Positions 10,259 through 20,639 are shown, numbered from the stretch's first letter. The stretch is 64,000 bases of DNA from Chroococcidiopsis sp. (GCF_051657925.1 NZ_JBOFLP010000155.1:43954-107953); one strand, 5' to 3'. The notes: a model not told the origin generated them from the letters alone. Program-made: numbers and translations.

Positions 10259-10447
10259 GGTTCCTCGTCATTAGAAAAAACATGGGACTGGTACAGTGCT
10301 CTAGCGGTCATGTTGATATAGTCAATCTGCTTTTGCATTTTTTGCTCCATCGATCCTTGACACAATGGAGTCTGCATAAACTTTTGATTGTCTAAACAAT
10401 TCAACAGTCCTTCAAGCAGTGACGCAGGAATTGAAATGTGAGTCGGC

Positions 10448-12148
10448 TTAGAAGCCATCAAACACAACCTCTTCAAGATCAAGGGTTTCGGCTGGTTCGT
10501 CGTCCTCGGTTAGAGCAGGAAGACGCAATGGCTCCATATCCCCGTGATTAAACGACAATTCAATTTCAAGAACCGGGTCGGAGAGACCGGATAGATAGTA
10601 CTGATTCCCTCTAAGCGATGGGACATCTTCCACGATCGATTGAATTTCGTAGACTTTATCCTGATACCAAACCTCTGTCCCAACCTCGTACTCCCACGAT
10701 CGAACCAACTCCAGAAGTCGAGTCCGTTCATCTGCTAGCAGAAGCTGCTTAGCTTGGGATTGTCTTCCTTCGTCCCAAGATTCGATCGCAGCTCGAAGAC
10801 AAGCTTTGGTAGAACAGCGCATCAAGGTATTGGCATCTACGATCGCGTCTCGATTGCTTTCTGGAATCAAATCGATAACACTCGTCGGGTTAATGACCCA
10901 CATCGATTCAGCCGGAAGCGAATACAGCGAGGTTTTCCCTGAAAGCTGATTTGAAATGAGTTGAACATTGACCAGATATCTCAGCGAGGTTTTGAACTCA
11001 ACATCTCCGACCGGAACCCCTAGCTGACGGGCGATCGACGCATCGGAAAACTTCGAACCGGGAAACTGTCCTAGAAAGCGCAAAATTTTGCTGGTGATCG
11101 GCTTCCGCGCAGGAGTGTCCTCATACGCCTTCTCCATGCGCCAGAAGCCTTGGTCTTCCATCTCAAGGCTATATCGTACCGTAACCGACGATCCTTGTCT
11201 TGGAAGCGTTTTTAGAGTCAGTATAGGACTCTCAGGATCTTCCCGGTACAGTCCTATCAGTCCATCGGTTGCAGCGGAAATACTGGTGTGACCAGAAATG
11301 CGCTCCACTAGTCCGGTTTTAGAGTTACTACGACCCGCAGGTTTGTTCATATGGTGGATCAGCACGCCGCAGGTTCCTGTAAAGTTGAAAACCTGTTGCA
11401 GTGCATACACCGCTTTTCCGTATTCGTTAGAGTTCTCGGAGGCGTCCGTGCGAAGCTGACTCATTCGAAGCGAGTCGATGATCACCAGAGAAGGCTGATA
11501 CTCTTCGATTTTCCGAGTTAACCACTCTAAGTTGTTCGTGATATCAAACAATCGTTCAATTAACAACGAGTCAGTAAAATTCGCAAGAAGGCTGACTTCT
11601 TCGTTCTCAGAGTCACCGAGTCCCGTTAGATGAAGTCGCTCTGAGATTGTCTTGAGCGATTCCTCAAGTTGGATGAACAGCACCCGACCTTTCCGAACAG
11701 GTCGTCCTAAAAACTCTCCGGTCAAAATCATGGACTTGATCAAAAAATACATCAAGATCGATTTTCCGGTCTTCGGCTCTCCTGCCAGAATATACAGTCC
11801 TTCCGATCGCAGTAGCTCTGGAATCAGCCAGCTAGAGCTAGGATCATAGTAGCTGAGCGCTTCTTTTAATCCCAGAGAGTTCGCGAACTCGGTTTTTGGA
11901 GTTTGAATATCTTGGATGTCCGCAATAATCTGAGTTTTGCTAAACCCTAGCTTCCTGACCCAGGTTTCTTCTAGTCGATTGAGCAGGTTCCGCTTAATGT
12001 AGTCCGCGTTTTCTTCGTCACCTAGATCCGAAACGATTCGAATATATTCTTTGAGCTGATCCAAGTACTCTGAGGTGACTCGTCGAATGGTTTCTACATC
12101 GAAGGTGGTTTTCGCTTCTTCCTGCAACTCATCCATTGTTAACAACAT
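10448..12148 (-). CDS. RecA-fold (AAA_25/RepA-like) replicative helicase
   Basis: Walker A GEPKTGKS, IQLEE, Walker B VIIDSL, LIHH; next to primase. Confidence 0.85.
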   Translation of the reverse strand: MLLTMDELQEEAKTTFDVETIRRVTSEYLDQLKEYIRIVSDLGDEENADYIKRNLLNRLEETWVRKLGFSKTQIIADIQDIQTPKTEFANSLGLKEALSYYDPSSSWLIPELLRSEGLYILAGEPKTGKSILMYFLIKSMILTGEFLGRPVRKGRVLFIQLEESLKTISERLHLTGLGDSENEEVSLLANFTDSLLIERLFDITNNLEWLTRKIEEYQPSLVIIDSLRMSQLRTDASENSNEYGKAVYALQQVFNFTGTCGVLIHHMNKPAGRSNSKTGLVERISGHTSISAATDGLIGLYREDPESPILTLKTLPRQGSSVTVRYSLEMEDQGFWRMEKAYEDTPARKPITSKILRFLGQFPGSKFSDASIARQLGVPVGDVEFKTSLRYLVNVQLISNQLSGKTSLYSLPAESMWVINPTSVIDLIPESNRDAIVDANTLMRCSTKACLRAAIESWDEGRQSQAKQLLLADERTRLLELVRSWEYEVGTEVWYQDKVYEIQSIVEDVPSLRGNQYYLSGLSDPVLEIELSFNHGDMEPLRLPALTEDDEPAETLDLEEVVFDGF

Positions 12149-13037
12149 CCAGAACCTCAGAAAGTATTGCAGGGGTGGTTTCTAGAGAAATATCGCCTGA
12201 GCGATATAGATCGTATAAATCAAATCCAGGAGTATCCGCATGGTGCGGAAAAAGGGTTGTAAGGTTAAAAGATGCGGCTTCTGTCTTGTACTTCCAAAAC
12301 AATTTGCACGTCATCGATCCTTTTTTGCGTCCTGGAGCGTCGTTGTCTTCAAGAATTAAAGCAGAACGAACTCCTACATCGATCAGTCCCTTAATACAGC
12401 GCTCTAGATAGCGGTCGGAGAGGAAAAACGAGGGAAACGCGATTGCGGAAATTCCTAGTTTGTGGGCGATTGCGGCAGTCTTTTCTCCTTCGACAATGAC
12501 GATACAGGGTTGAAGGTAACGCGCCTGGTAAACAGGAAGTGCTGTAAACTGAGTTGGTGTTTGAACGTGATAGTTTTGAGTCTCTGCGTCAAACACCTCA
12601 GTGTAAAGAACCTTCTTTTCTCCTGGACTATCGATTCGAACTTGTCTAAAATCACCGTAGTCAAAATAAGTTGTGACTTTATGATTCGATCGAATCTGGA
12701 GTGGTTTTTGAAACGGCTGAGTCGTTAGAAAACTATCTGAAATAGCGGTAATCGGATACGGATCTACAATCTCGTCATACGTCTGAAGTCTGGGACGAGA
12801 AAGCTCGAAACTCGATCGCTGTCGGAAGGAGTTTCGAGTGTAGAGGAGAGTTCTGATTTGGTTCTTGTCGAGATGACACGAATTACTGTAACATGCGTAA
12901 GCTCCAGGTTTATCCGGGTTCTTACTGATTTTTAACGTCCCTTTGCAAATCGGACAGGTGGCTTGAATCCAAGTGAAATGCTGGATGACCTGTCCGTACT
13001 CCTCAAGCTCCTTGAGATGATCCAAAATCAAGAACAT
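12129..13037 (-). CDS. DNA primase (Zn finger + TOPRIM)
   Basis: CPIC...C...C Zn finger; IVEGEK and EDNDAPG TOPRIM motifs; likely start MFLILD. Confidence 0.8.
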   Translation of the reverse strand: MFLILDHLKELEEYGQVIQHFTWIQATCPICKGTLKISKNPDKPGAYACYSNSCHLDKNQIRTLLYTRNSFRQRSSFELSRPRLQTYDEIVDPYPITAISDSFLTTQPFQKPLQIRSNHKVTTYFDYGDFRQVRIDSPGEKKVLYTEVFDAETQNYHVQTPTQFTALPVYQARYLQPCIVIVEGEKTAAIAHKLGISAIAFPSFFLSDRYLERCIKGLIDVGVRSALILEDNDAPGRKKGSMTCKLFWKYKTEAASFNLTTLFPHHADTPGFDLYDLYRSGDISLETTPAILSEVLDVVNNG

Positions 13038-13038
13038 G

Positions 13039-13854
13039 CTAGAAAGGCTCCACTCGTTCGATGTATCTTGGCAAGTAACTAGAGAACTCTCCGGTCTCGA
13101 AATCGAACGAGCTTTTAGCGTTTGCGGCAACCTCTAACCAGCTTTCTTTCAGCGATCGATGTCCAAAAAAATCAAGCGCTAAGTTATAGAAATGCTGCCA
13201 GTAGAATTCTAGTCTCTCCCCGTCGATCAAGCAGACTTTGCAGCGCTTTTTCGTAGTGTAAACCAAGATAAATCCGTCCGGTCGTTGACCAAACTGCTGC
13301 TCATACGCATAGACATACGCGGCTCCTTGCAGATAGTTTTTTAAGGAGTACTCTGCGGTGTAAGGATTCGGTAACGACTTTTTCGTTTTCAAATCTACAA
13401 TATAGGACCCAGCCGGAACCTCTGCTCCGTTCTCGGTCGTAAACGCTCCTTGAGGGAGCGTCACCAAAGCATCGAACCGACCTGCAAACTGCACCTTATC
13501 ATCGCGAAAGAACAGGACATCTTCTGCTTTGTCCGGGTTGATTGCAGAGTAGAAATGCTCGATCGCAAGTGTTGCGTAAGGGTCAGTCGGGTTCACGTCG
13601 ATCTTATCCAGCCAATGCTCGATCGCAGTGTGTGCGATCGTGCCTCGAAGTGCGGCATCTTCTCGAACCTGGTCCGCTTTTTCATCTCCGAGCTTTTCTC
13701 GCCACTTGCGAAGGACGGTTGGATCTTCATAGCGAGAAAGCAGAGTTGTAATTGAAATATACTCGTCGTCGGAATCATCGAAATAGAATCGATTGCCGTC
13801 GTCGTGGGTTATCTCACCTTTGTACTGAATAGCTTTAATTGGTACATCTCCCAC
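13039..13854 (-). CDS. PD-(D/E)XK exonuclease
   Basis: SITTLL, RGTIAH, AGRFD, IVDLKT, LQGAAY. Confidence 0.85.
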   Translation of the reverse strand: MGDVPIKAIQYKGEITHDDGNRFYFDDSDDEYISITTLLSRYEDPTVLRKWREKLGDEKADQVREDAALRGTIAHTAIEHWLDKIDVNPTDPYATLAIEHFYSAINPDKAEDVLFFRDDKVQFAGRFDALVTLPQGAFTTENGAEVPAGSYIVDLKTKKSLPNPYTAEYSLKNYLQGAAYVYAYEQQFGQRPDGFILVYTTKKRCKVCLIDGERLEFYWQHFYNLALDFFGHRSLKESWLEVAANAKSSFDFETGEFSSYLPRYIERVEPF

Positions 13855-14372
13855 AGATTCAGCATCCTTTTGTTAATAGATTCGGCGTATTCGACCACTA
13901 AGCGGGTCGAGAAGTTTTTGGTCATACTGGGAGACCAGAGCGTAATGAGAAGATCGCTTCGATCGACCATGCCACGCATCATAGATTCTTTGAGCTGGAT
14001 AGCGCGACCTCGGCGATCTCCGTCTTCATTGTCTGGCAGACGATCGCTATAGTACTCAACTCGTGCGGCGTGTCCTTGGTACAGGTAGAACAGGTGCTTG
14101 TCTTCGTCGTTCCATACCTGCTCATAGCGAGGAAACGGGACGTTTAGCGTATAGGGAATCTTGGCGTTTTTACAGGCGATCGATCCAGCTAAGTCAAAGC
14201 CTTGCTCAGGACTCGTCTCGACTTGAGACGGGTCCAGGTACGTCAAGGTGTGCTCTAGCAATCGGATTAGAGGATTCAGGTTTTGGGGATAGTTCTGGGC
14301 ATCCGCTAGAAAAGTGCGGTACAGACCGAGGATAGTTACGTTCACGGGATAGGATCTATTTTTCCGCAACAA
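13809..14372 (-). CDS. YspA/DUF1273-like SLOG protein
   Basis: QGFDL, VPF..YEQVW...DK..Y, MVDRSDLLITLW, T...VEYA. Confidence 0.6.
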   Translation of the reverse strand: MLRKNRSYPVNVTILGLYRTFLADAQNYPQNLNPLIRLLEHTLTYLDPSQVETSPEQGFDLAGSIACKNAKIPYTLNVPFPRYEQVWNDEDKHLFYLYQGHAARVEYYSDRLPDNEDGDRRGRAIQLKESMMRGMVDRSDLLITLWSPSMTKNFSTRLVVEYAESINKRMLNLWEMYQLKLFSTKVR

Positions 14373-14617
14373 TAACTGTCACGGGTGTACAGGACAACAG
14401 ACTCGGAAAGGAGTCTCTGTATCTTTATCTTAGTCTGTTCGTCCTCTGTCATGCCTTGATCGCTATATCCCGTAGCAAGTTCGTTCATGGTTTCAGAGGT
14501 GCATCGTCCCCAGTCAGGGGATAGCTCTAACAGATTTAGGATGTAAGGGTCAGACACCTGTTTCCAGTTTCGGCATCTAGAGCAATCTAGTTTCGGAGTT
14601 GTAACAGGAGTCATGAC

Positions 14618-15385
14618 TTACTTCCCTACCTTAAAAAGGAGTTGAGAATTACTACTTAGAGTCGGGGGGACCCCTTCGCCAGTCCATTTCTGGATCGCTT
14701 TATTCATCAGCACTTCTGCGGTTAACGTTTTTTGAAGTGCTTCATTTCGCTTGGCTTCCATCTCAGCGACCTTGAGTTCAGACTGAGCTGTAAGCAGTGC
14801 TTGCTTACTAATAGCAGTCTTCTCGATCGCGGCTTGTACTGTTTCGTCAAGCTTGAGTCCAGTAATGTTAAAAGAATCGACTTCCGCGATCGCACCTTTT
14901 GAAAACCCAGCAATCATTTCCTGAGTTAATCGCTGCTGCAATGCAGCTCCTACATCTGTCGAAAACGCAGCTTGGTTTGCAATCAATTCCGTCATGGATT
15001 GCTTGGCAACGACTTCCTTCACAACGCTTAGTAAAATCGGCTGCACGATCCGATCTTTGACTTCTACCGTTGTTTTCCCAACCTGGCTAAAGATGACAGG
15101 TGCGTGTTGTGCGCTGATTCGGAAATTCAGTGTCCCAAACACTTTCACGGATTGTCCGTCCGATGTTAAGGCACTAAACTCTTCGGGAGCGGCTTGAACT
15201 CTTGAATCGAACGTCGTAATCCAGTCTACCAAAGGAATCGACAGATGGACTCCCGGTTGAAGTGCGGCAGATTTTACAGATCCTAACGACGATTTCACGC
15301 CGACCTCACCCGGATCGATAATCGAGCAGCTCGTACTAGCAAACAATGTTCCGATCGCACACAGTAATAGAATCCACAATCTCAT
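14618..15385 (-). CDS. SPFH/prohibitin (band 7) membrane protein
   Basis: IDPGEVGV..LG.V....LQPGVH; TM start MRLWILL at 15385. Confidence 0.85.
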   Translation of the reverse strand: MRLWILLLCAIGTLFASTSCSIIDPGEVGVKSSLGSVKSAALQPGVHLSIPLVDWITTFDSRVQAAPEEFSALTSDGQSVKVFGTLNFRISAQHAPVIFSQVGKTTVEVKDRIVQPILLSVVKEVVAKQSMTELIANQAAFSTDVGAALQQRLTQEMIAGFSKGAIAEVDSFNITGLKLDETVQAAIEKTAISKQALLTAQSELKVAEMEAKRNEALQKTLTAEVLMNKAIQKWTGEGVPPTLSSNSQLLFKVGK

Positions 15386-15908
15386 AACAGGATCTCCGCT
15401 CGTAGGTTTCAAATGAATAGTAAATGTCGTTTTGAACCTGAATTGGTTCGTGCGCGACGCGCTTAAAGTCTCGATCGAATGGCGGAAACCACTTATCGAA
15501 AGGTCCGGGGTGATCAACCATTGTGAGATACAGGCGATCGACATGCGGTAGAAAATACTGGTAAATCTTCTCTCCACCGATCACCATAATCTCGGTTGAG
15601 TTAATGTCGGGATGACCTGCTAGTATCCCGTTTATGGACGCTCGGATGAACTCAACCGTACGCTGTTGAATAAAATACAGATTTTCTTCTGGTCGCGATT
15701 GCTGCTTTCTACAAGACAGCACGATCGTGACTCTTCCAGGAAGCGGTTTTGATTTTAGATCGGTCTCGAAGGTTTTCGATCCGACAATCACAGCATGATT
15801 CAACGTTAACTGTCTGAAGTGTTTTAGATCAGCCGGAAGATACCACGGCAGTTTCCCTTCAAACCCGATTCCGTTTTCGAGCGAACAAGCGACAACGATT
15901 GAAAGCAT
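15336..15908 (-). CDS. folA: Dihydrofolate reductase
   Basis: GIG..GKLPWYLPADLKHF, KPLPGR, VIGG, DKWFP. Confidence 0.95.
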   Translation of the reverse strand: MLSIVVACSLENGIGFEGKLPWYLPADLKHFRQLTLNHAVIVGSKTFETDLKSKPLPGRVTIVLSCRKQQSRPEENLYFIQQRTVEFIRASINGILAGHPDINSTEIMVIGGEKIYQYFLPHVDRLYLTMVDHPGPFDKWFPPFDRDFKRVAHEPIQVQNDIYYSFETYERRSCYEIVDSITVCDRNIVC

Positions 15909-16220
15909 TAGGGGGATGTACAGCGGGTACTGGCAATAACAGAGGGGTTCTGAATCGACGCTGATTCAATGACAACAGCTCCGCCGACTTCGATATAGTC
16001 TTTCCCGCAGTAGAAGACATATCCCGATCGGTGTCGTCGAATCGAGTTAGATGGAACTTCCCACGATCGAATGATCTGTTGATTTTGATATAGAAGGATT
16101 CGCTTCATTGATGGGTTGCAGTTTGATTGGAAGATCCAAATAACTACAAGCGCAAAAAGCGTAATCATTCCGACTGAAACAAGTCCAGCCGCTAAAACAT
16201 CTTCTGTCTGTTTTCGTGGG

Positions 16221-17309
16221 TTAAAATCCGCCAACGACCGTTACCTCTCCTTTCAAAGATCCGTGAGATCTGTAAGGAATCAGCCATTCAAAATCCTCAA
16301 ACACAAAGTCTTGCATTCGTGCTTGACCTCGATCGTGGATCATGAGTTGCGGCATCGGTAGAATCTCTCGTCCGATCTGCTCGATCGCTTGGTCAATATG
16401 GTCCGAGTAAAGATGGGCATCGTCGATATTGATCAACAACTCCCCGACCGGAAACCCCGTCAAGAACGCATACATGTGCGCTAGGAGCGCATACTGAGCC
16501 ACGTTGAATGGATTTCCCAGAAACAGATCATTCGATCGAATCCCGACTCGAAGATTTAGTCGTCCGTCAATCACGTTAACGAGATGATCGATGTGGCAAG
16601 CCGCTAGAACAACGGATTCAAGTCCCCGGTCTGCTGCCATCTGATACGTTCTAGCCGGATTCCAGCAGGTTACATAATACGACTTACGATCGGGATTTTT
16701 TTGAACCTGCTCAACAATCCATTCGGTTTGATCGATCGAGTATTCGTAAGGCTCGTTGGCTTGTTCATCCCACTCTATGCATCCCCAGTTGGTAAATGCG
16801 GTGTAGTGAACGGGAATCTCGAACGGTTGTCGAGACAGCAAAAGATAATCTACAAGCTCCTCCTGAGACTGGACCTGTCTAATGAGCCGACCCGTAGAGT
16901 CAGGCGGATAAGCTAGATAACTGTAAGGAAACTCCTTCATCCGATACTGAAAGTGTTTATATGCCCACTCGTCCCAGATATGAACACCTTTCTGGATCAA
17001 GTCCGTAACGTTTCCGGTCCCCTTAAGGAACCAGATCATTTCTTCAAAGGCTCCGCGATAGAATACTTTCTTTGTCGTATAGAGCGGAAAACCTTTCGAT
17101 AAATCAAATCGAAGCTGGCGACCAAACAACGAGTAGATGCATTTATCCGGCATCGGCTCTTTCGTTGCAGAATCGAAAATTGTTTTCTGGCTTCCATTCA
17201 GGATTACATCAGCCAGAAGTTTAAGATAGGTTGCTTCACCGTATTGCTGGGTAGTGTTCGAGGCATGAATTAGCGAATCGATCGCGTCAGGAGATAGTGT
17301 TGGAGGCAT
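16221..17309 (-). CDS. thyA: Thymidylate synthase ThyA
   Basis: FPLYTTKK, IWDEWA, LAACH, RSNDLFLGNPFN, DAHLY. Confidence 0.93.
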   Translation of the reverse strand: MPPTLSPDAIDSLIHASNTTQQYGEATYLKLLADVILNGSQKTIFDSATKEPMPDKCIYSLFGRQLRFDLSKGFPLYTTKKVFYRGAFEEMIWFLKGTGNVTDLIQKGVHIWDEWAYKHFQYRMKEFPYSYLAYPPDSTGRLIRQVQSQEELVDYLLLSRQPFEIPVHYTAFTNWGCIEWDEQANEPYEYSIDQTEWIVEQVQKNPDRKSYYVTCWNPARTYQMAADRGLESVVLAACHIDHLVNVIDGRLNLRVGIRSNDLFLGNPFNVAQYALLAHMYAFLTGFPVGELLINIDDAHLYSDHIDQAIEQIGREILPMPQLMIHDRGQARMQDFVFEDFEWLIPYRSHGSLKGEVTVVGGF

Positions 17310-17310
17310 G

Positions 17311-18039
17311 TTAGTTCATTAAGTACCGGAATTCAGGAAAGTCTGCGAAGGTCTTGCAGTCCGGGTAGAACAGTTCCCAGTTCGCGCTATAGACCGCAAA
17401 CATTTCGCAGAGTCGATCGTCGGATAGTTCCCGACACTCTAAAAGATCGAGCTGAGCGCGAAGGATTTTAAGCGCCAGTGTTTTATCTTCAGCAGTCGCC
17501 TCATCCGAAAGAATTGCTTCGATTTCAACGATCGGACCGTACCCAGAATTGTGATCGACGCAAACCGTCTCCGCTCCCTCAAACGGAGGAAGATAGACAG
17601 CTCTGCTGCGTCTCCATTTTGATTGGATAGCTAAATCGCGTTCCAGAATAGAATCTAGAGAATCAATTTGCAACAAGACCGGAAGCTCAATTTCTTGGCG
17701 AATCGATCCATTTTCAGACGATTCATCATTAAGCGACCACTTCGCGATGAGCAGTGTTCTGGGAGGCTCATGAATCGAGATTAGCGATCGGGTTCGAATC
17801 GAAATCGGAAGTTTGCGAACACAGGCTTCAGCCAGAGATTCAACCACTGATTCGAGTTGATCGATGCGATCGCTCGGAAGGTGACTCATCGCGATCGTGT
17901 TTAAGACGTTAAGCGATAGAGAGGTTCCGGGTGAGAAGTAGTGGTTTTTGTGGATCTGGGTGTCGGCTAGCGTGTAGTGAATAGCCAGCAGATCTGCGGT
18001 TCTATCCGATGGGATAGACTTGAGTTCGAGTTCAATCAT
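17311..18039 (-). CDS. CYTH-like (triphosphate tunnel) domain protein
   Basis: N-terminal ELELK; RQEIE; R.R..Y; VD...GYG..VEIE. Confidence 0.6.
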   Translation of the reverse strand: MIELELKSIPSDRTADLLAIHYTLADTQIHKNHYFSPGTSLSLNVLNTIAMSHLPSDRIDQLESVVESLAEACVRKLPISIRTRSLISIHEPPRTLLIAKWSLNDESSENGSIRQEIELPVLLQIDSLDSILERDLAIQSKWRRSRAVYLPPFEGAETVCVDHNSGYGPIVEIEAILSDEATAEDKTLALKILRAQLDLLECRELSDDRLCEMFAVYSANWELFYPDCKTFADFPEFRYLMN

Positions 18040-18042
18040 GGA

Positions 18043-18462
18043 TCACTCTAAGTTATATTTCGTTTTCAGCGCATTGAGAGCAGGTAGCAGTCGCTCGTGG
18101 AATGATTCCTGACTCTCTTTCTCCATCGATCGAGCGGTCTTGTCGTGAACACCTTGAAGATCCCGAAGGAAGGCAACCGCATCTGGAAAATCGTCTGGAA
18201 ATAGACGTTCAATTTCCAGCTTCATCCACTTGAGAGGATGATCCCCCTGCGGCATCTGATAATACAGAGAGGATATTCCAGAACAGTTGAATTCCGTTTC
18301 AACTGCTTTTTGAAACCGTTCCGGTTCATCTAGAAGGCATCCGATCGCACACATGCTTGAATCATTAATCCAGTAAAGACAGTTATCGTCCTGGAACCCT
18401 GGGTTGTTTCCAGGAGTCTTGTAGAAGTTCAGAACCTTGTCAATTAACTCTTGTGCCTTCAT
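18043..18462 (-). CDS. Hypothetical protein, paralog 3 of CAIGCLL family
   Basis: C.Y....CAIGCLL...LQGVHD. Confidence 0.75.
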   Translation of the reverse strand: MKAQELIDKVLNFYKTPGNNPGFQDDNCLYWINDSSMCAIGCLLDEPERFQKAVETEFNCSGISSLYYQMPQGDHPLKWMKLEIERLFPDDFPDAVAFLRDLQGVHDKTARSMEKESQESFHERLLPALNALKTKYNLE

Positions 18463-18883
18463 TCGGGTAAATCCATAAAGAGTATAAAGACATCAAGCTA
18501 GAAAGCTCCTTTTCTAGACGATCTACGAACAACTCAATCGGAACATGAGTTAATCCGTCATGGCATTTTTGAAGACGAACCAAGAACTGAAGAGGCTCAG
18601 GGATTTCAGTGGGAAATAACGCCTGGACTTGCTGCATGATCCACAAGGCTTCCACGTCAACAGTAGAATTTGCTTCGGCGATGCTGTAGATATATCTGAT
18701 TGTGGAGTCGGAATAGCAATCGGCATACTTCTGAAAGCGCTCTGAGTCTTCTAAAAGGCACCCAATCACACACTTAGAAGAGTTGTTAACGTGATAGGAA
18801 CACGCTAGTTCTTCGAATCCGGGACCGTTTCCAGGTGCTGCATAGAATGATCGAATCTTATCGAGCAGCTCCGGCACGTTCAT
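18440..18883 (-). CDS. Hypothetical protein, paralog 2 of CAIGCLL family
   Basis: C.Y....CVIGCLL...LQKCHD. Confidence 0.75.
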   Translation of the reverse strand: MNVPELLDKIRSFYAAPGNGPGFEELACSYHVNNSSKCVIGCLLEDSERFQKYADCYSDSTIRYIYSIAEANSTVDVEALWIMQQVQALFPTEIPEPLQFLVRLQKCHDGLTHVPIELFVDRLEKELSSLMSLYSLWIYPNEGTRVN

Positions 18884-19319
18884 AGATAGGTTGCTGTATA
18901 TACTCAGAGAATTGAACCTTCGCAGAGTGAAGCGCAGAGGCTAAATCAGTGTAGAAATCACTTTTAGGATGAAAGGCGATTTCATCATGAAGACTTTGCA
19001 CTCTGTACAGAAAGCCAAGACTATACTCGGCATGAAGATCCGTAGGGCGGATAGAGTCGATTAAGCGAATCACTTGCTTCGATCGATTGCAGTTTGGACG
19101 ACTTAGAGCAGTCGTGTAGATCGCTATCAACGATCCGTCTTGGGTGATGTCGTCTACATAGCGCTGCAAATAAGCGGCGTCATCTAGTAAGCATCCGATC
19201 GCGCATCTACATCTCTCGTTTCGATAGTAGGTGCAGTATCCGATTTCGGTAACACCTGGCTTGTTGCCAGGTTTGGAGTAGTACTTTAGGATTCGATCGA
19301 CGATTTCAGTAGAGGTCAT
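18858..19319 (-). CDS. Hypothetical protein, paralog 1 of CAIGCLL family
   Basis: C.Y....CAIGCLL...VQSLHD. Confidence 0.75.
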   Translation of the reverse strand: MTSTEIVDRILKYYSKPGNKPGVTEIGYCTYYRNERCRCAIGCLLDDAAYLQRYVDDITQDGSLIAIYTTALSRPNCNRSKQVIRLIDSIRPTDLHAEYSLGFLYRVQSLHDEIAFHPKSDFYTDLASALHSAKVQFSEYIQQPIYERAGAAR

Positions 19320-19343
19320 AGCACAAAGGGTAGGATGACCCAG

Positions 19344-19376
19344 GGAAGTAGCTGCGTTTAAGGCGCAGCTACTTCC
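19344..19376. terminator. Stem-loop after ssb
   Basis: GGAAGTAGCTGCG-loop-CGCAGCTACTTCC 13-bp inverted repeat. Confidence 0.6.
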
Positions 19377-19382
19377 AAAGGT

Positions 19383-19814
19383 TTAGTCGAAGCTGATATC
19401 GGGAGTAACTTTAGGTCTCTTTTCGACAGCTACGGTCTCGGACTCAGCAGGTCCAGAAGCTTCCGATGGTTTTTCGGTTTCAACGGCACCCATGATTTCA
19501 ACCTTATCAACTCTAGCGAGTGTGAAGGTCGTCTTCGCCTCACCGTCCTTGACGTAGGAGTTGGGAACTCCCATCGACCCATCAACTAGCAGTCGAACAT
19601 CTTTATCGATATGCGGAGCCATAGAATCAGCGTACTTACCCCACAGGGAAAATTGAGCCAGTACAGAAGGCGCGTACTTTTCACCTTCAGGCTTTCGCTC
19701 TCCCGTTGCAACGTTCAACAGAACCTGAAGAACATTGTCTTTTAGCTTAGGGTTATCTTCCGTTGTTTTATGCTGAACCGAAATTACGCGACCCGTCAAT
19801 ACCGTTCTAAACAT
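19383..19814 (-). CDS. ssb: Single-stranded DNA-binding protein
   Basis: VLTGR, LWGKYAD, V.G.M...Y.KDGE OB-fold pattern; C-terminal DISFD. Confidence 0.8.
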   Translation of the reverse strand: MFRTVLTGRVISVQHKTTEDNPKLKDNVLQVLLNVATGERKPEGEKYAPSVLAQFSLWGKYADSMAPHIDKDVRLLVDGSMGVPNSYVKDGEAKTTFTLARVDKVEIMGAVETEKPSEASGPAESETVAVEKRPKVTPDISFD

Positions 19815-20523
19815 TCGAAACGTCCTGTTTTAGTTCTTTTAGGCGTGCCTGCAAATCCTTACCAATGCTGTTGATTAGCTCAGCACTGGACATGTAATTC
19901 AAGGCAGGGATTAGGTAAGGCTCTGTAGCTAGCCTGTTATGTTGAATCGCAAGTTCCTCGACCGCACTGATTCGGGATAGCTTGTCATCGATGATATCTT
20001 CCGATAAATCATCTCCGGTCCACAGCTTCAACCCGATTCCAGTCGTAAGTGCGATCGCTTTTGTTTGGGCGCGGTAGAAGCTACGGTTAAACAGTTGCTC
20101 ATCTGCGCTCGGATTTCCGCTCTTGTCTTTACTGTGAGGAAATACAGAAGCACCCGATTGGGAGAGGACTCCGAAGTGGTAGATAGCGCTGCAAGAAAAT
20201 CCGTCATGAACATACGGCTTGCAGAAAAAACCCCCACCTCCGATCTCTTCAAAAAAATACCCTCCGGTAACAGGGTTAACCACAAACCCGGTCTCAAGCT
20301 CTGGGAAATGCTGACGCATTAAACGCAGAGCATGAGCATGGGATAGATACAAAATCTTATCTCCCGTCTTTTGCGTTCCTTCTCTAAACTTATTGCGCTC
20401 AACCCATTGAGACACATCTAAGTTGTAGGCTTCCAGAAACCGCTTAGGATCGATAGACAATACAGGATGCCGTGCGGGAATTCCTGTTGGGAATAGGTAC
20501 GGGTCTGACACTGCGTTAGTCAT
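19807..20523 (-). CDS. Sak/DUF1071-like ssDNA annealing protein
   Basis: YLSHAHA, N....R...KAIA...GIGLKLWTGDD; upstream of ssb. Confidence 0.7.
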   Translation of the reverse strand: MTNAVSDPYLFPTGIPARHPVLSIDPKRFLEAYNLDVSQWVERNKFREGTQKTGDKILYLSHAHALRLMRQHFPELETGFVVNPVTGGYFFEEIGGGGFFCKPYVHDGFSCSAIYHFGVLSQSGASVFPHSKDKSGNPSADEQLFNRSFYRAQTKAIALTTGIGLKLWTGDDLSEDIIDDKLSRISAVEELAIQHNRLATEPYLIPALNYMSSAELINSIGKDLQARLKELKQDVSNV

Positions 20524-20639
20524 GCATCTCTCGCTGTCTGAACTGCACTTACAATACGCAATCCATACGGAGGGTATAACGGTATATTTTCGTATCTTTA
20601 GACCCGCTTTATTTCCCAGGATTATTTTATCCGTACAAA

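Noticed and set aside
13039-13854. Exonuclease as Cas4
   Set aside because: Lacks the four-Cys Fe-S signature and lies in the replication operon
4714-16916. Numerous + strand ORFs overlapping the replication genes
   Set aside because: Antisense shadows of well-supported minus-strand genes (6859-7182 excepted)
16221-17309. ThyA as a dCMP hydroxymethylase (modified-base system)
   Set aside because: Retains the Asn in PFN typical of dUMP specificity and sits next to DHFR; no glycosyltransferase or other modification genes seen
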